Source: PVC group bacterium (lineage in GTDB: Bacteria; GCA-001730085; JADFSZ01). Taken from it: DNA of 6,452 nucleotides. Position numbers and translations under genes: made by a program. Shown in pieces: positions 1 through 6,170 of the stretch. The notes beneath the pieces were generated by a model. That model had not been told where the DNA came from. It worked only from the letters and a program-made list of their open reading frames with translations, and made no database searches. The first letter of the stretch is position 1. Every line of letters starts with the position of its first letter. The DNA is taken from the NCBI GenBank assembly GCA_022560555.1, contig JADFSZ010000102.1, positions 1 through 6,452 on the forward strand. Reading direction: 5' to 3'.

Positions 1-1035
1 CTCATCGTAATCAATCATTGAGAGATCAAGTTCCTCAAAATGTTTTTTGGCTTCTTCCACATGATCACGTATACTGATTTTCACTTTAGCATGATCACGA
101 GCGGCTTCAATCGTTGCCGGAGGCATCGTGTTGACAGAGGCCGGCCCGATCAATGGCTCCACATACAGTACATCACTTAAATCAGGGTTTTTTGTGCTTG
201 TGCTGGCCCACAGAACACGCTGAACACCAGCGCCTTTTTCTTTCAGTCCTTTAAAATCAGCTCCCTGGAAAATTTCTTCAAACATATTGTAAGCGACCTT
301 CCCGTTGGCCACAGCTGATTTATAAAGCAAGTTTTCAAAAAATTTCTTTTTATCTTCATCCGTGGCTTTACTGATCTTGTCTTCAAGGAGTTTATCCACA
401 ACTCCATCCAGTCGACTCACAAAAAAACTGGCGACAGACGCAATTTCCGAAACAGATTTATTCTCGCTCAATCTTTTATTCAATCCATGAATATACGCTT
501 GTGTAACTTCACGATATCTTTTGACAGAGAAAATCAATGTCACATTAATATTGATCCCTTCGGCAATCAGAGCTTCGATGGCAGGCAATCCCTCTTTTGT
601 GGCGGGAACTTTGACAAGAAGATTTTTTCGATTCACCAGTGTCCAAAGTTTTTTGCCTTCCTCGATCGTCTTCTCGGTATCATAGGCAAGTAAAGGGCTC
701 ACTTCCAATGAGACAAAACCGTCACGTCCTTCTGTTTTATCATAGATCGGCCGAAAGATATCGGCACAGTCCTGAATATCTTTAATCACCAAACTCTCAT
801 ATATCTCGTCATCCGTCAGGCCGTCTTTGATCAGTTTTTTGATAGACTCGTCATAATCGGGAGAACCGGCAATCGCTTTTTGAAAAATGGTCGGATTTGA
901 AGTCAATCCGGATATGCCGTCTTCATTAATCAGTTTTTTCAACTCTCCGGAATCAATCAGTTTACGGCTGATAAAATCCAACCACACGCTGGTTCCGCAC
1001 TCATACATCTGCTTAAGCGGATTATTCTGATCCAT
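1..1035 (-). CDS. tal: Transaldolase (long, family-2 type). The N-terminus is complete and the C-terminus runs off the left edge of the window.
   Basis: This ORF is absent from the supplied track because it has no stop codon in the window. My own minus-strand translation from the ATG at 1035-1033 stays open for all 345 codons down to position 1: MDQNNPLKQMYECGTSVWLDFISRKLIDSGELKKLINEDGISGLTSNPTIFQKAIAGSPDYDE...VNRKNLLVKVPATKEGLPAIEALIAEGININVTLIFS...VLWASTSTKNP...EELDLSMIDYDE. Transaldolase signatures are present: WLD, TSNPT, the Schiff-base Lys context VKVPAT (Lys codon at 610-612) and NVTLIFS. An SD-like AAGGGA (1041-1046) lies 5 nt before the ATG. The start is 25 nt downstream of the tkt stop, so the two genes are probably one operon. 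Whether the protein ends about 25 aa further on or is fused to another domain cannot be seen. Confidence 0.9.
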   Translation of the reverse strand, partial: MDQNNPLKQMYECGTSVWLDFISRKLIDSGELKKLINEDGISGLTSNPTIFQKAIAGSPDYDESIKKLIKDGLTDDEIYESLVIKDIQDCADIFRPIYDKTEGRDGFVSLEVSPLLAYDTEKTIEEGKKLWTLVNRKNLLVKVPATKEGLPAIEALIAEGININVTLIFSVKRYREVTQAYIHGLNKRLSENKSVSEIASVASFFVSRLDGVVDKLLEDKISKATDEDKKKFFENLLYKSAVANGKVAYNMFEEIFQGADFKGLKEKGAGVQRVLWASTSTKNPDLSDVLYVEPLIGPASVNTMPPATIEAARDHAKVKISIRDHVEEAKKHFEELDLSMIDYDE

Positions 1036-1060
1036 TTTTTTCCCTTCTTTTAAATGCACA

Positions 1061-3091
1061 CTATAGACGAACTGATTTTTGTAATAAAATTTTAGTTTTT
1101 TTAACAATATTGTCAACCGTAAATCCAAATTTTTGAAAAAGATCCTTGGCCGGCGCGCTCGCACCAAATCGCTCCATCCCGATGACATCTCCCTCAAGAC
1201 CAATATAATCCCTCCAACCCTGAGGCACCCCGGCTTCGATCACGAGATGTTTAGAGCTCCCCAACACAGAGGCCCGATAACTGTCTGTTTGCTGATTAAA
1301 TAGCTCCCACGAAGGGAAACTTACAACACGAGTCGAAATATTCTCTTTCTCTAATTGTACCGCAGCATCCAAAGCTAAAGTCACTTCAGATCCGCTGGCC
1401 ATTAAAACAATATCGGCTTCATTTGAGGATGATTCTTTCTTAAGGATATAAGCTCCCTTCAGCAGACCTTCTGCCGAGGCATATTTTTCGCGATCTATAA
1501 TAGGAATTTTGTGACGTGTTAAAATCAGAGTTGTCGGACCATCTGTTCTTTCTAACGCGGCCTGCCACGCCCAAGACACTTCATTCGCATCCGCGGGCCG
1601 AATCACGTTTAAAAAAGGAATCGCTCTTAGGGAAGCCAAATGTTCAATCGGCTGATGTGTCGGTCCGTCTTCTCCAAGCCCGATCGAATCATGCGTAAAG
1701 ACAAAAATCGAAGGAATCCGCATCAAAGCGGACAGGCGAATCGAAGGGCGCATATAATCCGAAAAGATTAAAAAAGTCCCGCTATAAATCAGGACTCCTT
1801 TGTGAAGAGTCACACCGTTGATGATCCCGCCCATCGCGTGCTCACGGACACCAAAATAAATATTGCGGCCCGCAGGCGTTGCTTGACTAAAAATATCCTT
1901 CCCTTTCAATTCCGTATTGTTCGATCCCGTTAAATCGGCAGATCCACCGATCAAATTCGGCAACACATCAGCCAGGGCATTAAGGACTTTGCCGGACGCG
2001 CTCCTTGTCGCCATGGCTCCGTCCGACGAAACAAATTTTGGAATAACACTCGCCCAGTTTTCCGGAAGCTTGTGATCAATGGAAGATAATAACTCTTCGG
2101 CCTCTTTGAGGTATTTTTTCCGATAAATATCCCACGTTTTGTTCCATTCTTCTTCCTGCCGATTTCCCTCATCAACCGCCTTACGAAATAGCTTAAGCAC
2201 ATCATCCGCGACATAAAATTCTTTATCGATCGGCCAGCCCAATGCCTCTTTCGTTAATCGAACTTCATCGGCTCCAAGCGGAGCCCCATGGCTCAACTCA
2301 GAATCTTGTTTATTCGGACTCCCGTACCCAATAGATGTCCGCAAAATAATGAGAGATGGTTTGAGAGTTTCCTTCTTCGCGATTTGGACGGCTTTACGGA
2401 TGCCATCCAGATCATGGTTAGCATCGATAACAACATTTACATGCCATCCATACGCTTCAAAACGTTTGGCAACATCTTCTTTCATCGACAAGTCTGTCGA
2501 TCCGTCTATCGTTATCTTGTTCGCATCATAAAAATAAATCAGTTTCCCCAAGCCCCATTGGCCTGCAAGAGACGCCGCTTCAGATGACACTCCCTCCATC
2601 ATATCCCCATCACTCACAACCGCGTAGGTATAATGGTCTATAATCGCAGCATCAGGTCTATTGTATCGTGCGGCCAAATAACGCTCTGCCACGGCCATTC
2701 CGACACCATTGGCAAATCCCTGGCCCAAAGGGCCCGTAGTCGTTTCAACACCCTGTGTGCGACCATGCTCCGGATGGCCCGGCGTAAGGCTATCTAACTG
2801 ACGAAAATTTTTGATATCTTCTAAACTCACATCATATCCCGTCAAAAACAGAAGGGAATAAAGCCACATCGAGGCATGACCGGCTGACAGGATAAAGCGA
2901 TCCCGGTTCATCCACTGCGGATTTTTCGGATTATGCTTGAGGACCTCCCTCCACAGCACATATCCAAGCGGCGCTAATCCCATCGGGGCTCCCGGATGTC
3001 CTGAGGCCGCACGCTCAACCGCGTCCATAGAAAGTGTTCGGATCGTATTTATGGCTTGAATATCAAGACCGGTAAGTTTATGGCCCGACAT
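1061..3091 (-). CDS. tkt: Transketolase
   Basis: This is a 676-aa ORF with hallmark transketolase motifs: an N-terminal [22 protein letters not shown], a ThDP/Mg motif region [38 protein letters not shown], and [27 protein letters not shown]. An SD-like AAAGGA (3097-3102) lies 5 nt before the ATG at 3091. Confidence 0.97.
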   Translation of the reverse strand: MSGHKLTGLDIQAINTIRTLSMDAVERAASGHPGAPMGLAPLGYVLWREVLKHNPKNPQWMNRDRFILSAGHASMWLYSLLFLTGYDVSLEDIKNFRQLDSLTPGHPEHGRTQGVETTTGPLGQGFANGVGMAVAERYLAARYNRPDAAIIDHYTYAVVSDGDMMEGVSSEAASLAGQWGLGKLIYFYDANKITIDGSTDLSMKEDVAKRFEAYGWHVNVVIDANHDLDGIRKAVQIAKKETLKPSLIILRTSIGYGSPNKQDSELSHGAPLGADEVRLTKEALGWPIDKEFYVADDVLKLFRKAVDEGNRQEEEWNKTWDIYRKKYLKEAEELLSSIDHKLPENWASVIPKFVSSDGAMATRSASGKVLNALADVLPNLIGGSADLTGSNNTELKGKDIFSQATPAGRNIYFGVREHAMGGIINGVTLHKGVLIYSGTFLIFSDYMRPSIRLSALMRIPSIFVFTHDSIGLGEDGPTHQPIEHLASLRAIPFLNVIRPADANEVSWAWQAALERTDGPTTLILTRHKIPIIDREKYASAEGLLKGAYILKKESSSNEADIVLMASGSEVTLALDAAVQLEKENISTRVVSFPSWELFNQQTDSYRASVLGSSKHLVIEAGVPQGWRDYIGLEGDVIGMERFGASAPAKDLFQKFGFTVDNIVKKTKILLQKSVRL

Positions 3092-3151
3092 AAAGATCCT
3101 TTCGCTGTTTTCCCCGACTGAAACAAATGTTCATTTCTCAATAACGCCCAC

Positions 3152-3179
3152 ATTATATAGCCTTGAATATAAATTACAA
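3152..3179 (-). promoter_or_regulatory. Candidate sigma70-type promoter for tkt-tal
   Basis: On the minus strand there is a perfect TATAAT (plus coordinates 3152-3157), a 16-bp spacer, and a TTGTAA -35 element (3174-3179, 4/6 match to TTGACA). It sits about 60 nt upstream of the tkt ATG. This is based on motifs only. Confidence 0.35.
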
Positions 3180-3220
3180 AAAGAATATTCTTTTTATTTC
3201 TCCCTTTTTTAGAAAATTCT
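3178..3220. promoter_or_regulatory. Pair of related palindromic operator-like sites in the divergent tkt / ptsN-like control region
   Basis: AAAAAGAATATTCTTTTT (3178-3195) is a perfect 18-bp palindrome with core GAATATTC, and it overlaps the candidate tkt -35 element. A second, near-identical 10-mer, AGAAAATTCT (3211-3220), differs from AGAATATTCT (3182-3191) by one base and lies 29 bp away. Both are flanked by A/T runs. Confidence 0.3.
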
Positions 3221-3262
3221 CTGCCGGATGAATTTGACCAAAAGACAGCAAAATAAGTTATC

Positions 3263-3292
3263 TTGACAAAACCACCCCTCTAAGCCTACAAT
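3263..3292 (+). promoter_or_regulatory. Candidate sigma70-type promoter for the ptsN-like gene
   Basis: There is a perfect TTGACA (3263-3268), an 18-bp spacer, and TACAAT (3287-3292, 5/6 match). It sits about 58 nt upstream of the ATG at 3351. Confidence 0.5.
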
Positions 3293-3350
3293 CCTATGCT
3301 TTCCTAATTTTGATTTTATCCCCACAGACGTTAGGGAAGGGATTTATTTT

Positions 3351-3803
3351 ATGCTTAAAGATATCCTCAAGAGAGAATTCATACGGCTTGATCTTTCCGG
3401 CTCAAGCAAAGATGAAGTTATTAAAGAGCTTACAAATATTTTTGCTGATGCCGGCCTGGTTGAAAACGCCGAAGCGGTCTTCAAAGCCGTTATAACCCGG
3501 GAAAACACCATGACAACCGCTCTTGGCAAAAACGTTGCCCTCCCTCACGCAAAAACCAGTGAGGTCAAACAAATTCAAATGGTAATCGGCGTACATCCGG
3601 AGGGAGTTGAATTCGATGCTCCGGATCATCAACCGGTGCATTTACTTTTTGCTGTTCTATCGCCCCCGCATATCAGCGGCCCTCATATCCAATGCCTGGC
3701 AGAGATAGCACGTCTCATCGAAAACACGGACGTGAAACAAAATATTCTCAAAGCACAATCAGCCGATAAAATTATTAATATCATAAAAAATTCGACCATT
3801 TAA
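3351..3803 (+). CDS. ptsN: PTS EIIA type-2 domain protein, EIIA(Ntr)/PtsN-like
   Basis: The ORF is 150 aa, the typical size for a single-domain EIIA-2 protein. The N-terminus (ILKREFIRLDLSGSSKDEVIKELTNIF) and the phosphorylatable-His context GKNVALPHAKT (His66, codon 3546-3548) match the PtsN/FruA-IIA family pattern (G-x-A-I/L-PH). The later HLLFAVLSP...HIQCLAEIARL block is also typical of the family. A strong SD, GAAGGGA (3336-3342), lies 8 nt before the ATG. Confidence 0.85.
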   Translation: MLKDILKREFIRLDLSGSSKDEVIKELTNIFADAGLVENAEAVFKAVITRENTMTTALGKNVALPHAKTSEVKQIQMVIGVHPEGVEFDAPDHQPVHLLFAVLSPPHISGPHIQCLAEIARLIENTDVKQNILKAQSADKIINIIKNSTI

Positions 3804-3882
3804 TCCATCATCAAAGTCATAAAAATATTATGAGGCCCGATAGGATTTCAACGCACTTCTATTTTTCGACTATGTTATCCCT

Positions 3883-4971
3883 ATGATCAATCAATGCTCG
3901 AATATTAAAGAGGTTCAGGACTTCTACCAGTATATGGACGTACTTCTCGTGCAAGACGGCGGATGCGCGCCCGGGTACAATCCCGTTACGGCATTTCTTG
4001 TCAATGACCTCGAAAAAAACAAGCGTTCGTGTTTCATCGCGTATGAGGGTTTTAAATCTCTCGTTTCAGGAAAAATCGTGGATTTTCGCAGGTTGGCTTA
4101 CGATAAAAATCTGTTTCATTCACTTGAGCATATTCCTGGCGTGATCAACGCGGCCCCACTGTCCGAAGATCGCGGCGCATCATTTCGGACTGAACGTTAC
4201 AGAGAATTTTTGAAAGACGATCGCCAAAAAGAAGCCGCGTCTCATATTCATAAGCGCGGTGTTAAGGCCTTGATTACGATCGGCGGGAACGGAACGTTCG
4301 CCGGAACAAAGGACCTCTGCAGATTTTTGGATAAGTCGATTCAAGTTTTTTTTATCCCTGTTACGATTGATAGCGACGTCTCGCATACAGAATGTATCGG
4401 TCAACACACGGGCGTTGAATGCGGAGCAGAAAAAATCCGGTGTTATATGGCGGATGCGCGCACCCACAAGCGGATCTATATTGTCGAGATGATGGGAGCC
4501 CGCGGCGGTTTTCATGCTCTTCATTCGTGCCTAGGCGCGAGAGCGCACCTAGCCGTTCTGCCGGGAACAGAGCTTGATATCCGAAAAGCGGCCCAAGCAC
4601 TTGCTCATAAGGAAGAAGCCGTTATTGTCGTGGCTGAGGGCTATAAAGAAAAGGAACGTATTCGGGATGGATTTGAGGGTAATGCCGCGCTGTATTTTTG
4701 CCAGGAACTGCTTTCGACAAATATCTCTCTAAATAAACGTATTGTTTGCGAGGCTTTCGCGCGAGATATCCGCGGGGCCGCGCCGAACAATATTGACATC
4801 ACGCTTTGTCAGCAAATGGCTCACAACACGACTCAATATCTAGTTGACGGAAAATCCCGCCTGATGTCCTCGGTGTCTTCCGGCCATTCAAAGGAAATTC
4901 CCTTTGATGTTATTACAACGGAAAATCATATCCATCACGAATTTTATAAGATATCCAACCGTCTTTATTAA
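3883..4971 (+). CDS. Phosphofructokinase-family (PfkA-like, PF00365-type) protein, atypical at several canonical positions
   Basis: The ORF is 362 aa. The PFK motif series appears in the correct order: VLLVQDGGCAPGYN (canonical SGGDAPGMN), ALITIGGNGTFAG (IGGDGS), FIPVTIDSDV (PGTIDND), KRIYIVEMMGARGGFHAL (RISVVEVMGRxxGDLAL), AVIVVAEG (VVAEG/ITEH) and ARDIRGAAP (GHIQRGGSP). The start is uncertain. The ATG at 3883 has no SD, and an in-frame ATG at 3934 (MDVLLVQDGG...) would give the usual short N-terminus but also lacks a well-spaced SD. Confidence 0.8.
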   Translation: MINQCSNIKEVQDFYQYMDVLLVQDGGCAPGYNPVTAFLVNDLEKNKRSCFIAYEGFKSLVSGKIVDFRRLAYDKNLFHSLEHIPGVINAAPLSEDRGASFRTERYREFLKDDRQKEAASHIHKRGVKALITIGGNGTFAGTKDLCRFLDKSIQVFFIPVTIDSDVSHTECIGQHTGVECGAEKIRCYMADARTHKRIYIVEMMGARGGFHALHSCLGARAHLAVLPGTELDIRKAAQALAHKEEAVIVVAEGYKEKERIRDGFEGNAALYFCQELLSTNISLNKRIVCEAFARDIRGAAPNNIDITLCQQMAHNTTQYLVDGKSRLMSSVSSGHSKEIPFDVITTENHIHHEFYKISNRLY

Positions 4972-5000
4972 ACCACGCGTTCTGACAAATGAGGGGTTCC

Positions 5001-5040
5001 CCGGATAAGAATGTAGGGATCATTCTTATCCGGAGTTTTG
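5001..5040 (+). terminator. Rho-independent terminator candidate downstream of the PFK-like gene
   Basis: A perfect 13-bp stem, CCGGATAAGAATG (5001-5013) pairing with CATTCTTATCCGG (5021-5033), encloses a 7-nt loop TAGGGAT and is followed by AGTTTTG. It begins 30 nt after the stop codon at 4969-4971. There is no T-tract in the minus-strand orientation, so it looks unidirectional. Confidence 0.5.
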
Positions 5041-5099
5041 GGGTCTTGTTGACAAAACTGATGTATAAAAAAAGTATCATTATCTCTTTAACATAGTGC

Positions 5100-5294
5100 T
5101 CACGGCATGAGATCTTTGTCGACATCCGAATATATTCGAGCAGTTTTGGCGTTGTATTTTTCTTGCGAAGTCTCCGCAACCTGCCCTAAGAAAACTAAGC
5201 ATAAAACAAACGGCAAGATTAAAGCGAGACTCAAAATCATTCTTGCTCCGAAGATGCCAGTTGATTCACTATTCCTACACAAACTTATTCTCAT
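5100..5294 (-). CDS. Small hypothetical membrane or secreted peptide (64 aa, or 46 aa from the internal ATG at 5240)
   Basis: The sequence is MRISLCRNSESTGIFGARMILSLALILPFVLCLVFLGQVAETSQEKYNAKTARIYSDVDKDLMP. It has one clear hydrophobic helix (ILSLALILPFVLCLVFLG) followed by a charged tail. Both candidate starts have SDs: GAGGA 6 nt before the ATG at 5294, and GGAG 5 nt before the ATG at 5240. I recognise no homology. I prefer it over the overlapping plus-strand 80-aa ORF, which has no SD and whose Lys-rich stretch looks like the antisense image of a TM segment. Confidence 0.35.
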   Translation of the reverse strand: MRISLCRNSESTGIFGARMILSLALILPFVLCLVFLGQVAETSQEKYNAKTARIYSDVDKDLMP

Positions 5295-5360
5295 TTCTAT
5301 TCCTCATAATTTGATTCAACGACAATTTATCTCAATCCTACACATATAGAGCCACTTTCC

Positions 5361-5520
5361 ATGATAAATATAACAAAAATTTTGAATTTATTTAATAGAA
5401 TTGCATAATTGATGATGCAAGTACTATAGTATAAATATATTATAGACAAGTAGATTATTATAAGTATATTATAAGTAATTTTAATAGTATTAATGTTTTA
5501 CGTATTATAAATATTAAAGG
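5361..5520. other. Extremely AT-rich intergenic tract with reiterated TATTATA / AAGTA motifs
   Basis: By hand count there are about 25 G+C in 160 bp (about 16%), against roughly 40-45% by eye in the flanking genes. TATTATA(A/G) occurs at 5438, 5456, 5467 and 5503, and each reads as a perfect TATAAT on the minus strand. AAGTA recurs at about 5419, 5448, 5462 and 5473. There is a 10-bp palindrome TACTATAGTA (5422-5431) and a small inverted repeat, TTGCAT-8nt-ATGCAA (5401-5420). Confidence 0.6.
5456..5477. repeat. Perfect tandem duplication of an 11-mer (TATTATAAGTA x2)
   Basis: 5456-5466 and 5467-5477 both read TATTATAAGTA. The period is 11 bp, about one helical turn. Confidence 0.8.
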
Positions 5521-5601
5521 AATTCCCGAAGAGAAGAACGGCTGGAAATGAAAACTATTTCGCGGAGTATTGTATTTGATATCTTCAATAGCGAGTTTGG
5601 T

Positions 5602-5631
5602 AAAAAGGCCCAATCCTCCTATGAGGAGCCT
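5602..5631 (-). terminator. Possible intrinsic terminator overlapping the stop codon of the 4-TM gene
   Basis: The minus strand reads AGGC-TCCTC-ATAG-GAGGA-TTGG-GCCT followed by TTTTTA. This gives two stacked stems (4 bp and 5 bp), a 4-nt loop and a 4-nt bulge, then a T5 run (plus coordinates 5602-5606). The stop codon TAG lies in the loop region (5619-5621). Confidence 0.4.
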
Positions 5632-6092
5632 GTTGTCACAAATTGCTCACGGGTCGAGTTTTTCTTGAAGTGCCATATCACAAGAGAAAAACCCGCAATA
5701 AAAGGCGCAATCGTTAACAAAGAAATCACAATAATGGCAATCGCGGGAACTTCAATCCCGGTTGGTGTCGGATTTTTAAGAGCTCCGCTCAGTCCGCCGT
5801 ACAATCCATTTGGTATCGCGACAATCGCGGCCCAAGTGATCAGCTTTCTGGCCCACTCCTTCAGGCATAAAACACCAACTCCGGATACCAAAAAAGAAAG
5901 CGCGCAACCAAAAGCAATGAAAGAAGAAAGAATATCCAAACCACTGATTTGTAAATTGACAGACGCAAACTGCGGATCATTTTTTAAAACCCAAAGACCT
6001 ATGGCGCCAATCACAGTCAGCCAGAGCGCGATAAACCCATAAATAATTGAAATCACCCCAAATGTAGTTGTTCCACCCGATCTTTTTGCCAT
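5619..6092 (-). CDS. Hypothetical integral membrane protein with four predicted TM helices
   Basis: The sequence is MAKRSGGTTTFGVISIIYGFIALWLTVIGAIGLWVL...LDILSSFIAFGCALSFLVSGVGVLCLKEWARKLITWAAIVAIPNGLYGGLSGAL...VPAIAIIVISLLTIAPFIAGFSLVIWHF..., with four long hydrophobic segments separated by short polar loops. The track starts the ORF at a GTG (6113). I prefer the ATG at 6092 (157 aa) because AAAGGGG lies 7 nt upstream of it. I recognise no family. Confidence 0.75.
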   Translation of the reverse strand: MAKRSGGTTTFGVISIIYGFIALWLTVIGAIGLWVLKNDPQFASVNLQISGLDILSSFIAFGCALSFLVSGVGVLCLKEWARKLITWAAIVAIPNGLYGGLSGALKNPTPTGIEVPAIAIIVISLLTIAPFIAGFSLVIWHFKKNSTREQFVTTGSS

Positions 6093-6125
6093 AATGCAGC
6101 CCCTTTCACGCACGTTTTGTGTTCA

Positions 6126-6153
6126 ATACTATTAGCATATCCTACTAAGACAA
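6126..6153 (-). promoter_or_regulatory. Weak candidate promoter in the PilZ / 4-TM spacer
   Basis: On the minus strand there is TTGTCT (plus 6148-6153), a 16-bp spacer, and TAGTAT (plus 6126-6131). No terminator is visible after the PilZ stop, so read-through from the PilZ gene is equally likely. Confidence 0.2.
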
Positions 6154-6170
6154 GTCAAGTAGACCAATTC

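Noticed and set aside
487-693. A 68-aa plus-strand ORF inside the transaldolase region.
   Set aside because: It is antisense to a strongly supported transaldolase reading frame, so I treat it as a shadow ORF with no motifs.
1-1035. The possibility that the transaldolase is the N-terminal part of a bifunctional transaldolase / glucose-6-P isomerase fusion.
   Set aside because: This cannot be assessed. The ORF leaves the window about where a stand-alone family-2 transaldolase would have roughly 25 residues left, and nothing in the visible sequence distinguishes the two cases.
1516-2587. Four short ORFs within tkt: 1516-1698 (+), 1951-2214 (-, off-frame), 2288-2587 (+) and 2349-2531 (+).
   Set aside because: All lie inside the 676-aa transketolase gene, either in other frames or on the other strand, and their sequences are Arg/Ser/Leu-rich and look like nonsense.
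3316-3324. TTATCCCCA, an 8/9 match to the DnaA box TTATCCACA, in the ptsN-like leader.
   Set aside because: It is a single isolated near-match with no cluster of boxes and no adjacent unwinding element, so it is expected by chance. The AT-rich tract at 5361-5520 contains no DnaA-box-like sequences, so an origin interpretation is unsupported.
3310-3641. ORFs 3310-3495 (+), 3344-3529 (-) and 3402-3641 (-) overlapping the ptsN-like gene.
   Set aside because: The 3351-3803 frame has the EIIA-2 motifs and a strong SD. The others are off-frame or antisense shadows.
4180-4600. Two minus-strand ORFs (114 aa and 79 aa) antisense to the PFK-like gene.
   Set aside because: They are antisense to a frame carrying the full ordered PFK motif set, with no motifs or SDs of their own.
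5049-5080. A perfect TTGACA on the plus strand after the terminator, considered as a stand-alone promoter.
   Set aside because: At 16-18 bp spacing the -10 candidates are poor (AAGTAT). The good TATCAT (5075-5080) needs a 20-bp spacer, and TATAAA (5064-5069) is only 9 bp away. I mention it only as a weak element under the small-ORF finding.
4913-5179. An 88-aa minus-strand ORF spanning the PFK-like 3' end, the terminator hairpin and the start of the small-ORF region.
   Set aside because: It crosses a 13-bp perfect hairpin and an intergenic region, overlaps two better-supported features, and has no SD.
5107-5349. A plus-strand 80-aa ORF overlapping the small hydrophobic minus-strand ORF.
   Set aside because: No SD precedes its ATG. 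Its Lys/Asn-rich low-complexity stretch (KKTKHKTNGKIKARLK) is what the antisense of a TM helix yields. The minus-strand ORF has two SD-preceded starts. Neither ORF is proven.
5361-5520. The AT-rich repeat tract considered as a CRISPR array, IS end or prophage att site.
   Set aside because: The repeats are only 7-11 bp and directly abutting, with no spacers of unique sequence. There are no flanking inverted terminal repeats, and no transposase, integrase or cas gene in the window.
5548-6042. A plus-strand 164-aa ORF, exactly the same length as the overlapping minus-strand 164-aa ORF.
   Set aside because: The minus-strand product is a textbook 4-TM membrane protein with a strong SD. The plus-strand product (MKTISRSIVFDIFNSEF...KKESAQPKAMKEER) has no recognisable fold features and looks like the antisense image of hydrophobic codons. 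I treat the equal length as coincidence.
6093-6113. The GTG start (6113) used by the ORF track for the 4-TM protein (MRERGCI-MAKR...).
   Set aside because: The AAAGGGG SD lies inside this extension, 7 nt before the ATG at 6092. I therefore take the ATG as the start and treat the extension as 5' UTR.
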